Below are positions 24,624 to 33,204 of a stretch of 44,465 nucleotides of DNA, piece by piece. The position numbers were made by a program, and so were the translations under genes. The notes beneath the pieces were generated by a model. It had not been told where the DNA came from. It did not search any database and saw only the letters and a program-made list of their open reading frames with translations. The DNA is from Actinomycetota bacterium (GTDB lineage Bacteria; Actinomycetota; Thermoleophilia; Gaiellales; Gaiellaceae): positions 1 to 44,465 of the forward strand of contig JBKPGE010000076.1 in assembly GCA_046729215.1 (NCBI GenBank), read 5' to 3'. Every line of letters begins with the position of its first letter. Position 1 is the stretch's first letter.

Positions 24624-26555
24624 TCAAAGGCCCTGCGGGTCGACGTCGACGACGGCGGTCACTCCTGCGCGGCGCATCTCCGGCGCAGCAGCTGTGAGCA
24701 GACGCGCGGCTCGGCCGGCGACCTTCCGAGGGCCGCCGCTCTTCGCGATCAGCTGTGCGCGGTGGCGACCGCGCAGGCGCAGGAGCGGCGCCGGGCCGAG
24801 CAGATCGGCTTCTTCCGCGCGCAGCCCCGCAGCCACCTCCTCGAGCAGGCGCTGAGCGTCGTGCGGCTCAGGGCTCGAGGCGACGATCCTCACGAGGTGG
24901 CGAAACGGCGGATATCCGAGCTCGCGGCGGCGCTCGAGCTCCTCGTTCAGGAAGCGGCCGACGTCATGCCTCGCGGCGTGGACGATCGGCCGCGCGTCGG
25001 GTTGGAAGGTCTGGACGAGGACCCGACCTGGAGCGTCCCGCCCGCTGCGTCCTGCGAGCTGGGTCAGGAGCTGGAAGGTCCGCTCCTCGGCGCGGAAGTC
25101 TGGCATGCCGAGCCCCGTGTCGGCGTCGACGACCGCGGCCAGCGCCACGCCACCGAAGTGGTGGCCCTTGGCGACCATCTGTGTCCCGACGAGCACCGCG
25201 CGGTCGGAGACGGCGAAGCGCCGGAGAGCCGCGGCGAGCTCACCCGGGCGCCGCACCGAGTCGGCGTCCAGGCGGATCCGCTCCAGCTCGGGCACCTTCT
25301 CCGCGAGCTCCCGCTCGAGCCGCTGGGTGCCGGCGCCGATGCGCGCGAGCTCTCCGGAACCACAGGCAGGACAGTTCGGCCCAGGCGGTTCGGTCCAGGC
25401 GCAGTGGTGGCAGTGGAGCCGACCGTCAGCGTGCAGGACGAGTGCGACGTCACAGTTCACGCAGCGCCTGGTCGCGCCACATGAGCGGCAGTGGATCGCG
25501 GGTGCCACTCCGCGGCGGTTGAGCAGCAGGATCGCCTTGCCGCCTCGTTCGGCGATCGCTCCCAGCTCGGCGAGCAGCGGCGCGGAGAGCGGATAGCCCG
25601 CCTCGCGCCGGAGATCGACCACACGCACCGGCGGCAGCGCGCCCGCGAGGCGTCCGCCGAGCTCCAGGCGCTCGAGCCGCTCCCAGCTCTCCGGCCGGGG
25701 CGTCGCCGAGCCGAAGATGGCGACGGCACCTTCGAGCGCCGCACGCTTGGCGGCGACGGTGCGGGCGTCGTAGCGCGGATCGGATTCCTGCTTGTAGGCC
25801 TGGTCGTGCTCCTCGTCCACGCAGATGACGCCGACGCGGTCGAGCGGCGCGAAGACGGCCGACCGGGCGCCGACGACGATCGGGGCGGCTCCACTCGCGA
25901 TTCGCTCCCGCTCGTCGCGTCGCTCGGCCTCCGTCAAGCCGGAGTGCAGAACCGCAACCCGGTCGCCGAAGCGGGCGCGCAGCCGGCCGATGGTCTGCGG
26001 CCCGAGCGCGATCTCGGGGACGAGCACGATGGCTGTACGGCTGCGCTCGAGCGCAGCGGTGCACGCTCGGATGTAGACCTCCGTCTTGCCGCTTCCGGTG
26101 GCGCCGTGGAGCAGAAGGTTGCCGCCGCCGTTGTCGAGCGCGTCGGTGATCCGGCTGAGGGCGCGTTCCTGCGAGAGCGACAGCGCCGTGGGCTCCGCTT
26201 CGCCCGCAAGCGCATCGCGCGCACCCGGCGACTCTCGCTTTCCCCGCGGACGGCGCTTCAGCGGCGCGACGAGCTCGAGCGCGCGGGCCGGCGTCGTGCC
26301 GTAGTAGTCCGCGAGCCAGAGTGCGAGGTCGATGAGCGGCTCGGGCAGAGCGTCCACGACCTCCCCAACAGGCGCCGTCTTGACGCCCACCGGCGCCGCC
26401 TCCTCGAGCCCGACGACCACCCCCCGCCGCCGTGCTCCGTTGAACCGGACGGAGACGACCGCCCCCTTCCCCACCTCCGGCGGAACCTCGTACGTAAAGG
26501 GCCGCGCGACGGCCCGCGAGGGAACGAGCGGGTACACGGAGGCATAGCGGGTCAC
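24624..26555 (-). CDS. priA: Primosomal replication restart helicase PriA
   Basis: Walker A HGATGSGKTEV, DEEHD, and the Cys-rich Zn region CRSCG..CVNC..CHHC..CPACG. Confidence 0.9.
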   Translation of the reverse strand: MTRYASVYPLVPSRAVARPFTYEVPPEVGKGAVVSVRFNGARRRGVVVGLEEAAPVGVKTAPVGEVVDALPEPLIDLALWLADYYGTTPARALELVAPLKRRPRGKRESPGARDALAGEAEPTALSLSQERALSRITDALDNGGGNLLLHGATGSGKTEVYIRACTAALERSRTAIVLVPEIALGPQTIGRLRARFGDRVAVLHSGLTEAERRDERERIASGAAPIVVGARSAVFAPLDRVGVICVDEEHDQAYKQESDPRYDARTVAAKRAALEGAVAIFGSATPRPESWERLERLELGGRLAGALPPVRVVDLRREAGYPLSAPLLAELGAIAERGGKAILLLNRRGVAPAIHCRSCGATRRCVNCDVALVLHADGRLHCHHCAWTEPPGPNCPACGSGELARIGAGTQRLERELAEKVPELERIRLDADSVRRPGELAAALRRFAVSDRAVLVGTQMVAKGHHFGGVALAAVVDADTGLGMPDFRAEERTFQLLTQLAGRSGRDAPGRVLVQTFQPDARPIVHAARHDVGRFLNEELERRRELGYPPFRHLVRIVASSPEPHDAQRLLEEVAAGLRAEEADLLGPAPLLRLRGRHRAQLIAKSGGPRKVAGRAARLLTAAAPEMRRAGVTAVVDVDPQGL

Positions 26556-26573
26556 CCCGCCAGGGTAAACGGA

Positions 26574-27428
26574 CTACCCGAGGGCTTCGGCGGCCTCGAG
26601 CACGAAGTCCGTGCCGAAACCGAGCGCCAATCCGAGCAGGAGCATCCAGGCAACGAGCACCGGGTAGCCAAACCGCTGGTTGACACTGAAGAGCAGCTGT
26701 ACGACGTACAGGATCGAGCCGGCCGCGACCGCCATGAAGGCCACCGTGACGGCCTCGCTCACCCAGGCCTGCCCGACGAGGGTCCCGAGGAATGTGGGCC
26801 CGCCGCCGATCAACCCCAGCAGCGCGAGGAACGACCAGCTCGGGCGGACCCCGTCACCCGAGATCGGCCCGACGATTCCGAACCCCTCGGTGGCGTTGTG
26901 CAGCCCGAACCCGATGATCAGCGCGAGCGCAAGGCTGAGCTCTCCGGCCGCGCCCGCCTGCCCGATCGCGAGCCCCTCGCCGAAGTTGTGCAGGCCGATG
27001 CCCGTTGCGATGAGCAGCGCGAGTCGGTGACCCGGACCGAGCCGCATGAACCAGGACCTGGCCTCGAACTCCACGACCGCTGCTGCGCCCGGACCGACCA
27101 GCGGCGCTGCGGGCCGGTTCTTCATCCACCGGTCGTAGTAGACGAGGCTCATCAGGCCGAAGATCAATCCGGCAGCGAGGAGGAACGAGAGCCCGGCGAA
27201 CTTCGCCCAGGAACCGCCGTCCGACACAGCACCCTCGAGCGACTCCTCGACCGGAGCCACGCCGTGGACGAGGACGTCCCACAGGAGGAAGATCAGGATC
27301 CCAGCAGCGAGCGAGCTCAGTGCGGCGCGGAGGCGAGCGCTGGCCGTCTGCACGCGGCCGAGCGGCAAGCCGAGGAAAATGGTGAATCCGGCGATCGCAC
27401 CGAGGGCGAGGATCTGGGTCGAGCTCAT
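26574..27428 (-). CDS. ZIP family divalent-metal transporter
   Basis: A multi-TM protein with GIGLHNFGEGLAIG and GFGLHNATEGF (the ZIP HNxxEG signature). Confidence 0.85.
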   Translation of the reverse strand: MSSTQILALGAIAGFTIFLGLPLGRVQTASARLRAALSSLAAGILIFLLWDVLVHGVAPVEESLEGAVSDGGSWAKFAGLSFLLAAGLIFGLMSLVYYDRWMKNRPAAPLVGPGAAAVVEFEARSWFMRLGPGHRLALLIATGIGLHNFGEGLAIGQAGAAGELSLALALIIGFGLHNATEGFGIVGPISGDGVRPSWSFLALLGLIGGGPTFLGTLVGQAWVSEAVTVAFMAVAAGSILYVVQLLFSVNQRFGYPVLVAWMLLLGLALGFGTDFVLEAAEALG

Positions 27429-27453
27429 CGAGTCTGGGATTCCTTTGGTGGGT

Positions 27454-27471
27454 TGTAAGGGTCACCTTACA
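27454..27471. promoter_or_regulatory. Palindromic operator candidate for the DtxR-family regulator
   Basis: TGTAAGG-gtca-CCTTACA is a perfect 7-bp inverted repeat in the 96-nt divergent spacer. It lies 26 nt upstream of the ZIP start. Confidence 0.45.
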
Positions 27472-27524
27472 GCGACCGAGCGCGACTATAGTGGCGAGCC
27501 CTCCAAGTAGCAAGCAGTAACCGC

Positions 27525-28208
27525 ATGGCCCACAGACACTCCGTCGACGAGTACCTCGAGACGATCTACTTCCTCGCCTTTCCGATTGGCGAGTACGCGC
27601 CCCAGAGCTCCCGGACGCCGACGCTGGGGGCCCGCGTCGCGGAGATGCTCGGGGTCTCGCGCGCGTCAGCGGGCGAGATGCTCAAGCGCCTCGAGCGTGA
27701 AGGGCTGATTCGGCGGGGTGAGCACAAGGAGGCGCTGCTCACGAAGAAGGGCCGGGCGCGCGCCGAGCGCGTCGTCCGCAAGCACCGCATCATCGAGCGG
27801 CTCCTCACCGACTTCATGGGCTACACCGCCGCCGAGGCACATGTCCATGCAGATGAGCTTGGCGACACCTTCAACGACGAGATGATCGAGCGCGTCGCCG
27901 AGCGGCTGGGCAATCCGGAACGGTGCCCGCACGGCTGGCCTGTCGATCCCGACGTGGAGCAGGCGGAGAACGAGGAGCTCAGGCCTCTCGCCGAGCTCGA
28001 CGATGGCGCGAGGGCGACGATCGTGCGGCTCGCAGAGCACGACGGCGACCTCCTCCACTGGTTCTACGACCAGGGGTTGGAACCCGGGCGCAAGCTGCGG
28101 ATGAAGAGCGCCGATCCGGCCGCTGGGAGCTTCCGGGTCATGCTCGGCCGCCGCGAAGAGACGATCGGCGAAAAGGCCGCCGCCGGGCTCTTCGTCAGGC
28201 TTTCGTAG
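27525..28208 (+). CDS. DtxR/MntR/IdeR-family metal-dependent transcriptional regulator with FeoA/SH3-like C-domain
   Basis: EYLETIY, ...VSRASAGEMLKRLEREGLI (wHTH), HRIIERLL, AHVHADELGD and CPHG metal-site residues. Confidence 0.9.
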   Translation: MAHRHSVDEYLETIYFLAFPIGEYAPQSSRTPTLGARVAEMLGVSRASAGEMLKRLEREGLIRRGEHKEALLTKKGRARAERVVRKHRIIERLLTDFMGYTAAEAHVHADELGDTFNDEMIERVAERLGNPERCPHGWPVDPDVEQAENEELRPLAELDDGARATIVRLAEHDGDLLHWFYDQGLEPGRKLRMKSADPAAGSFRVMLGRREETIGEKAAAGLFVRLS

Positions 28209-28302
28209 CGGTCGCGGCCAGCAGCCGCGCGAGCAGTGCCGCGTCGAGCTCGCCGCGGTTGAGCGAGAGCGCCGTCATCACGGCCAATTGCTTCCTCGAC
28301 AT
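28195..28302 (-). CDS. Candidate 35-aa ORF (possible remnant of a small helical/antitoxin-like gene)
   Basis: MSRKQLAVMTALSLNRGELDAALLARLLAATATKA. About 30 of 34 codons end in G/C while second positions are mixed. There is no clear SD, and the ORF overlaps the regulator's 3' end by 14 nt. Confidence 0.25.
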   Translation of the reverse strand: MSRKQLAVMTALSLNRGELDAALLARLLAATATKA

Positions 28303-28356
28303 TCAGTCGCATTCGGAGGGACAGGTCCCGCTCCTTCAGCGGTCGTGGCCGCCCGG

Positions 28357-28371
28357 CGGGGTCGGACCCCG
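28357..28371. repeat. GTCNGAC-core palindrome, copy 1
   Basis: CGGGGTCGGACCCCG. Confidence 0.4.
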
Positions 28372-28374
28372 TCA

Positions 28375-28387
28375 TGTGTCTGACACA
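28375..28387. repeat. GTCNGAC-core palindrome, copy 2
   Basis: TGTGTCTGACACA. Confidence 0.4.
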
Positions 28388-28492
28388 ACTTCCGCACAGA
28401 AGTGCAACAAGTCGTCCACCGCGAGGCGCGATTATGCGGCGGAGCGCACGGCGTACATGTCCTTTTGTGGACGATCTGGCGCAGGTTCGTGA

Positions 28493-28507
28493 CGGGGTCT
28501 GACCCCG
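28493..28507. repeat. GTCNGAC-core palindrome, copy 3 (also a plausible metK terminator hairpin)
   Basis: CGGGGTCTGACCCCG, 44 nt past the metK stop. Confidence 0.4.
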
Positions 28508-28550
28508 CTTTCCGAAGCGAGACCAGGTGCGCCCTGCGCGGTGGTTTCGG

Positions 28551-29801
28551 CTAGACGGGCGCTTCTTCGACCGCGATGCCGGCTGCGGCGCGCAGCTCGT
28601 CGGCCTTGTCCGTCCGCTCCCACGTGAAGTCGTGGTCGTCGCGGCCGAAGTGGCCGTAGGCGGCCGTCTTCGAGTAGATCGGCCGGCGAAGGTCGAGGTC
28701 GCGCAGGATCGCCGCCGGGCGGAGGTCGAAGTGCTCTCCGACGAGCTGCTCCAGGCGCTCGACGGGCACCTTCTCCGTCCCGAAGCTCCGGACCGCGATC
28801 GAGACGGGACTCGCGACGCCGATCGCGTACGCGACGTTGACCTCACACCGCTCGACGAGGCCCGCCGCGACGAGGTTCTTGGCGACGTACCGCGCAGCGT
28901 AGGCCGCCGAGCGATCAACCTTGGTCGGGTCCTTCCCTGAGAACGCCCCTCCCCCGTGCCGTGCCGCGCCGCCGTAGGTGTCGACGATGATCTTTCGTCC
29001 CGTGACCCCCGTGTCTCCCATCGGGCCGCCTAGCACGAACTTCCCCGTCGGGTTGACGTAGACGAAGTCGCGGTCGTCGAAGAGCCGGCGCTCGTCGTAG
29101 AGTCGCGGGTCGAGAATCGGATGCAGGACGTGCTCGATCACGTCCTCCTTGATCGTGTCCGCATCGACGTTCTCAGCGTGCTGTGTGGAGACGAGCACGC
29201 GCGCGATCTCGACGGGAACGTGGCGACCGTGCTGGTCGACCTCGTAGCGAACGGTGACCTGCGCCTTGCCGTCCGGACGCAGGTACTTGACCTGCTCGGA
29301 CTTCCTGACGCCCGCGAGCCGGCGGGCGATCTTGTGCGCGAGCATGATCGGCAGCGGCATCAGCTCGGGCGTCTCCTGCGTCGCGTAGCCGAACATCATC
29401 CCCTGGTCACCGGCGCCGATCTGGTCGAGCGGATCGTCGTCGCCCGGATCGTGCTGGAGCTCGTACGACTGGTCGACCCCGAGCGCGATGTCCGGGGACT
29501 GCTCGTCGATGGCCACGATGACGCCGCACGTCTTCGCGTCGAAGCCCCACTCGGAATGGACATAGCCGATCTCGGAGATGCGCTCGCGGACGAGCTTTGG
29601 GATGTCCACCCACGTCTCCGTCGAGATCTCGCCCGCGACGACGACGAGCCCGGTCGTGATCAGCGTTTCGCACGCCACGCGACCGTTCCGATCGTCGGTC
29701 AGCACGGCGTCGAGCACGGTGTCCGAGATCTGGTCGGCGATCTTGTCCGGGTGGCCTTCGGTGACCGACTCGGAGGTGAAGAGATACTCGCGCTCAGGCA
29801 T
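28551..29801 (-). CDS. metK: S-adenosylmethionine synthetase
   Basis: Motifs: [48 protein letters not shown]. Confidence 0.95.
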   Translation of the reverse strand: MPEREYLFTSESVTEGHPDKIADQISDTVLDAVLTDDRNGRVACETLITTGLVVVAGEISTETWVDIPKLVRERISEIGYVHSEWGFDAKTCGVIVAIDEQSPDIALGVDQSYELQHDPGDDDPLDQIGAGDQGMMFGYATQETPELMPLPIMLAHKIARRLAGVRKSEQVKYLRPDGKAQVTVRYEVDQHGRHVPVEIARVLVSTQHAENVDADTIKEDVIEHVLHPILDPRLYDERRLFDDRDFVYVNPTGKFVLGGPMGDTGVTGRKIIVDTYGGAARHGGGAFSGKDPTKVDRSAAYAARYVAKNLVAAGLVERCEVNVAYAIGVASPVSIAVRSFGTEKVPVERLEQLVGEHFDLRPAAILRDLDLRRPIYSKTAAYGHFGRDDHDFTWERTDKADELRAAAGIAVEEAPV

Positions 29802-29816
29802 AGGCGGCCGGGAAGG

Positions 29817-31226
29817 CTACTTGATCTCCAGGAACGCGACGTTGGTGGACAGCGAGCCGTCCTGCTTCCCGAAGGCGACGACCGCATGCACCGCCTCGAG
29901 GTTCCGCTTCACCGCCGGCGGAACCTGGTCCTCCTCGCCGGCGAGCCCAAGGTACTCGCGGATCAGATCCCACGCCTGGCTGAGATCCACATAGGCGAGC
30001 CCTGTGTACTCGTCCGGTGCGCCGGCGGCCTTCAGCGCCTGCTTGTAGCGGTCGCTGTCGGGAAGCTTGTCGCCGGATCCCAGCAGCTCCTCGACCGCTC
30101 TCGTGGACGTGGAGACGACGACCGCCCCGTCGAGGGAGCCGACTGTCAGGTGGAAGCCCTCGAGCTTGTCGGACACTGCTCCGAGGATCCGCTCGATCGT
30201 CGCCCTGGCGCGCGCCTCGTCGTTGGTTTGCAGCACCAGTGTCAGCTCCGGGATGGGGACGGCCGGGCGCGCGTAGAAGGCAATTTCGCCGTCGAGCAAC
30301 GCGATCACGTCGTCGACGTCGATTCCGCTCTCGCGCTCATACTCCCGAAGCTCCATCGCGAAGAGCGGGTTCGAGCGCAGCTGCTCGAGCTGGCGGCGCA
30401 GGCCCGCCCCCTGGAACGACAGGAACGCGAAGGCGTCGTCGGGCACCTTCGGGAGGAATCGCGAGGAGTACGGCTCGCCGGTGCCGAACAGCCGGTCGGC
30501 GCCTTCGCCACGCAGCGCGAGTGCGAGCTCCGCTCCGTCGTCCTTCGCCTTCGCCCAGCCTCCGGCGAAGTCGAGGCTGCCGAGGCCGAACATGGTCAGC
30601 GCCTTGCGCTCACCCGCGGGTACGAGCTCGAGCACTCGAGCCGGATCGACGTAGCCGCGGCTGAGCGCGTCCTCCGGGAGGTCGTTCATCGCCGACCTGA
30701 AGCTCTGCTCGTCCTCCAGCGATGCGCCGCCGGCGTCCTTGAGCGCCGCGTCGATCGCCGTCTGGCTATCCGAGATCGCGACCCAGTCGCCGACCACGCG
30801 CGTGACCGTCGGATCACCGCCCTCGGCCGCGTCGAGCTTGCGAACAAGCGCCAGGAGTTTGTCCGGATCCGAAGGATTCGTCAGCCCGACAACAGCGGAC
30901 TTGCGCGAGGATTGGTCGTAAACGGCCAGGTCGACGACATCGCCGAGGGCCGGTCGGACATCGTCCTCCCAGCTGACCTTCTTGTCCCGAAGGAGCTTGT
31001 TCTTCAGCTCGGCGATCCACCTGTCGCCGTCGGGAAACCGGTTGATGAGCTCCTCCGCCTGCTTCCACTGCGCTGAGTCGGGATCGCTCACCGTCTGCCA
31101 GTAGGCGATCGCGCCCGGGCGGAGCAGACCGGCACTCGAGGCGGTCTGGGCTCCAACTTCCTCGCTGCCGCACGCGACCGCCCCGAGGACGAGCGCGCCC
31201 AGCAAGGCGGCAAGGACAATGCGCAT
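29817..31226 (-). CDS. Lipoprotein, DUF3352-like
   Basis: MRIVLAALLGALVLGAVAC|GSE contains a lipobox. Alternative ATGs lie at 31235 and 31262. The mature part is about 450 aa with no catalytic motif that I recognise. Confidence 0.8.
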   Translation of the reverse strand: MRIVLAALLGALVLGAVACGSEEVGAQTASSAGLLRPGAIAYWQTVSDPDSAQWKQAEELINRFPDGDRWIAELKNKLLRDKKVSWEDDVRPALGDVVDLAVYDQSSRKSAVVGLTNPSDPDKLLALVRKLDAAEGGDPTVTRVVGDWVAISDSQTAIDAALKDAGGASLEDEQSFRSAMNDLPEDALSRGYVDPARVLELVPAGERKALTMFGLGSLDFAGGWAKAKDDGAELALALRGEGADRLFGTGEPYSSRFLPKVPDDAFAFLSFQGAGLRRQLEQLRSNPLFAMELREYERESGIDVDDVIALLDGEIAFYARPAVPIPELTLVLQTNDEARARATIERILGAVSDKLEGFHLTVGSLDGAVVVSTSTRAVEELLGSGDKLPDSDRYKQALKAAGAPDEYTGLAYVDLSQAWDLIREYLGLAGEEDQVPPAVKRNLEAVHAVVAFGKQDGSLSTNVAFLEIK

Positions 31227-31228
31227 CG

Positions 31229-32209
31229 TTGTCATCGTATTCTCGCGCTCGGAACCGTCCACTCCCCCGTTGGAGGGAACTGTGGGTCAGCCCGGTCGGT
31301 CTCGGGCTGGCGGCCCTTGGGCGACCCGGCTACATCAACGTCGGCCACGGCGAGGATCTCCGTGGCCAGACGGACGTCACGGCAATGGAGCGCAATGCAC
31401 ATCTCGTGCTCGACGCGGCGTTCGACGACGGCGTGCGATATTTCGACGCAGCTCGCTCCTACGGCAAGGCGGAAGCCTTCCTCGCCTCCTGGCTCGAGCG
31501 GCGCGGGCTGGGCCCCGACGAGGTGACCGTCGGGTCGAAGTGGGGCTATACCTACACCGCCCGGTGGCGTATCGACGCCGACCCCGCCGAGGTCAAGGAC
31601 CTCTCGGCGGCGACCCTGCGGCGGCAGCTCGGTGAGAGCCGTGCGCTCCTGCGAGAGCACCTGCGTCTTTACCAGATCCATTCGGCGACGCTGGAAAGCG
31701 GGGTGCTCGAGGACCGCGAGGTCCTCGGTGAGCTCGTGCGCCTGCGCGAGGAGGGAATGGCAATCGGCGTCTCCGTGACGGGGCCCGAGCAGCCGGAAAC
31801 GATCCGGCGTGCCCTCGAGATCGGGATCTTCGACACGGTGCAGGCGACGTGGAATCTCCTCGAGCGCTCTGCGGGCCCCGCGCTCGCCGAAGCGCACGCC
31901 GCCGGCCTCGGCGTCATCGTGAAGGAGGTCCTCGCCAACGGGCGGCTGACCGCGCGCGCCGGCGACTCCCTCCTCGTCCAGCTCGCGGCCGAGCGGAACA
32001 CGACTCCAGATGCGCTCGCGTTCGCCGCCGCGCTTGCACAGCCTTGGTCCGGTGTCGTTCTCTCCGGGGCGACGACGGTGGAGCAGCTCCGGAGCAACCT
32101 CACCGCGCTCGACGTGGACTGGGACGAAGAGCTCCACGGCCGGATCGCAGCGCTCGTGGAGGAGCCGGGCCAGTACTGGTCGACGCGCGCGGCGCTGCCG
32201 TGGAACTAG
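31229..32209 (+). CDS. Aldo/keto reductase
   Basis: VSPVGLGLAALG, FDAARSYG, YQIHS and a TIM-barrel AKR pattern. TTG 31229 is the only canonical start upstream of the domain. Confidence 0.85.
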   Translation: MSSYSRARNRPLPRWRELWVSPVGLGLAALGRPGYINVGHGEDLRGQTDVTAMERNAHLVLDAAFDDGVRYFDAARSYGKAEAFLASWLERRGLGPDEVTVGSKWGYTYTARWRIDADPAEVKDLSAATLRRQLGESRALLREHLRLYQIHSATLESGVLEDREVLGELVRLREEGMAIGVSVTGPEQPETIRRALEIGIFDTVQATWNLLERSAGPALAEAHAAGLGVIVKEVLANGRLTARAGDSLLVQLAAERNTTPDALAFAAALAQPWSGVVLSGATTVEQLRSNLTALDVDWDEELHGRIAALVEEPGQYWSTRAALPWN

Positions 32210-33204
32210 CCTTCCTCGATGAGCCCCTCGGCTCGAAACCAGTCCAGGGTACGGTGGATGGTCTCCTCCAGCGGCGTGTAGCTGAGCCCGAGCTCGCGAG
32301 CGGCCCTCGATCCGTCGTAGGCGTGGCCGTGCAGCGCCGTACGGACGAGGTCACGGCAGACTTTTGGCGTCTTCCCGCGCAGCCGAGCCGCCGTCTCGAC
32401 GGCGACCGCCGCCGCGGTTGCAACAGCAGGCGGTAAGGCGCGGACCGGCGCGTTGATGCCGGTCAGCCGGCCGAGCAGCTGGATCCCCTCCCGCACGGTG
32501 ACCGTCGCACCGCTGAGGACGTACCGCTCTCCGGGCTGCCCCCGGACCTCGGCGAGCAAGTGGCCCTCGGTGCAGTCGGCGATGTCCACCAGGCTGATCG
32601 TCGAATCGACGATCGCCTTCAGTCGCCCGTTGAGGTGGTCGAGCAGAAGCCGAGTCGAGCCCGTCGCTCGGCCGGGGCCCTGAACGGACGCCGGACTCAC
32701 GCAGACGACCTCGGTCTCGGTCTCGGTCTCGCGCGCGGTCATCAGCACAGCCCGCTCGGCCTCGAACTTCGAGCGTTCGTAGCTCGACAGGAAGCTTCCA
32801 CGGTGTGGCGAGGTCTCGCTCCCTACCGTTCCGCGTGCTTCTCCGAGCGCGGCGGCGGACGACGTGTAGACGACTCGCCGGATCCCGGCCGCAGCCGCCG
32901 CGCGGACGACGTTCCGCGACCCCTGCACGTTCACCTCGAAGAGGAGCGAGGGATCTCGAACGCACAATGCATTGAGGCCCGCGGCGTGGTAGACGACCTC
33001 GCAGCCCCGCATCGCGGTCGTCAGCGCCTCGGCGTCCAGGATGTCGCCGCGAACGGGCTCGGCGCCGACCTCGCGGAGCGTCCGGGCCGAATCGTCCGAC
33101 CGAGCCAGGGCCTTGACCACACGTCCCTCGGCAAGGAGGCGCTCGACGATCGCCCCGCCCACAAACCCGGTGCCCCCGGTGACGAGGACGACTTCGGAGG
33201 TCAG
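32206..33204 (-). CDS. NAD-dependent epimerase/dehydratase (extended SDR)
   Basis: VVLVTGGTGFVGG is the Rossmann motif; also YTSS...YERSK (YxxxK). The best-fitting N-terminus is CTG 33204, overlapping the pgsA TGA. The only canonical start is GTG 33294, inside pgsA. Confidence 0.8.
   Translation of the reverse strand: MTSEVVLVTGGTGFVGGAIVERLLAEGRVVKALARSDDSARTLREVGAEPVRGDILDAEALTTAMRGCEVVYHAAGLNALCVRDPSLLFEVNVQGSRNVVRAAAAAGIRRVVYTSSAAALGEARGTVGSETSPHRGSFLSSYERSKFEAERAVLMTARETETETEVVCVSPASVQGPGRATGSTRLLLDHLNGRLKAIVDSTISLVDIADCTEGHLLAEVRGQPGERYVLSGATVTVREGIQLLGRLTGINAPVRALPPAVATAAAVAVETAARLRGKTPKVCRDLVRTALHGHAYDGSRAARELGLSYTPLEETIHRTLDWFRAEGLIEEG

Noticed and set aside
28357-28507. Guanidine-II (mini-ykkC) riboswitch interpretation of the twin GGGG...CCCC hairpins.
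   Set aside because: The loops are CGG/CTG (CCG/CAG on the other strand), not ACGR. The hairpins are about 135 nt apart rather than 7-40 nt. No transporter gene follows.
29802-29816. SAM riboswitch upstream of metK.
   Set aside because: Only 15 nt separate metK from the upstream gene's stop, which leaves no room for a riboswitch.
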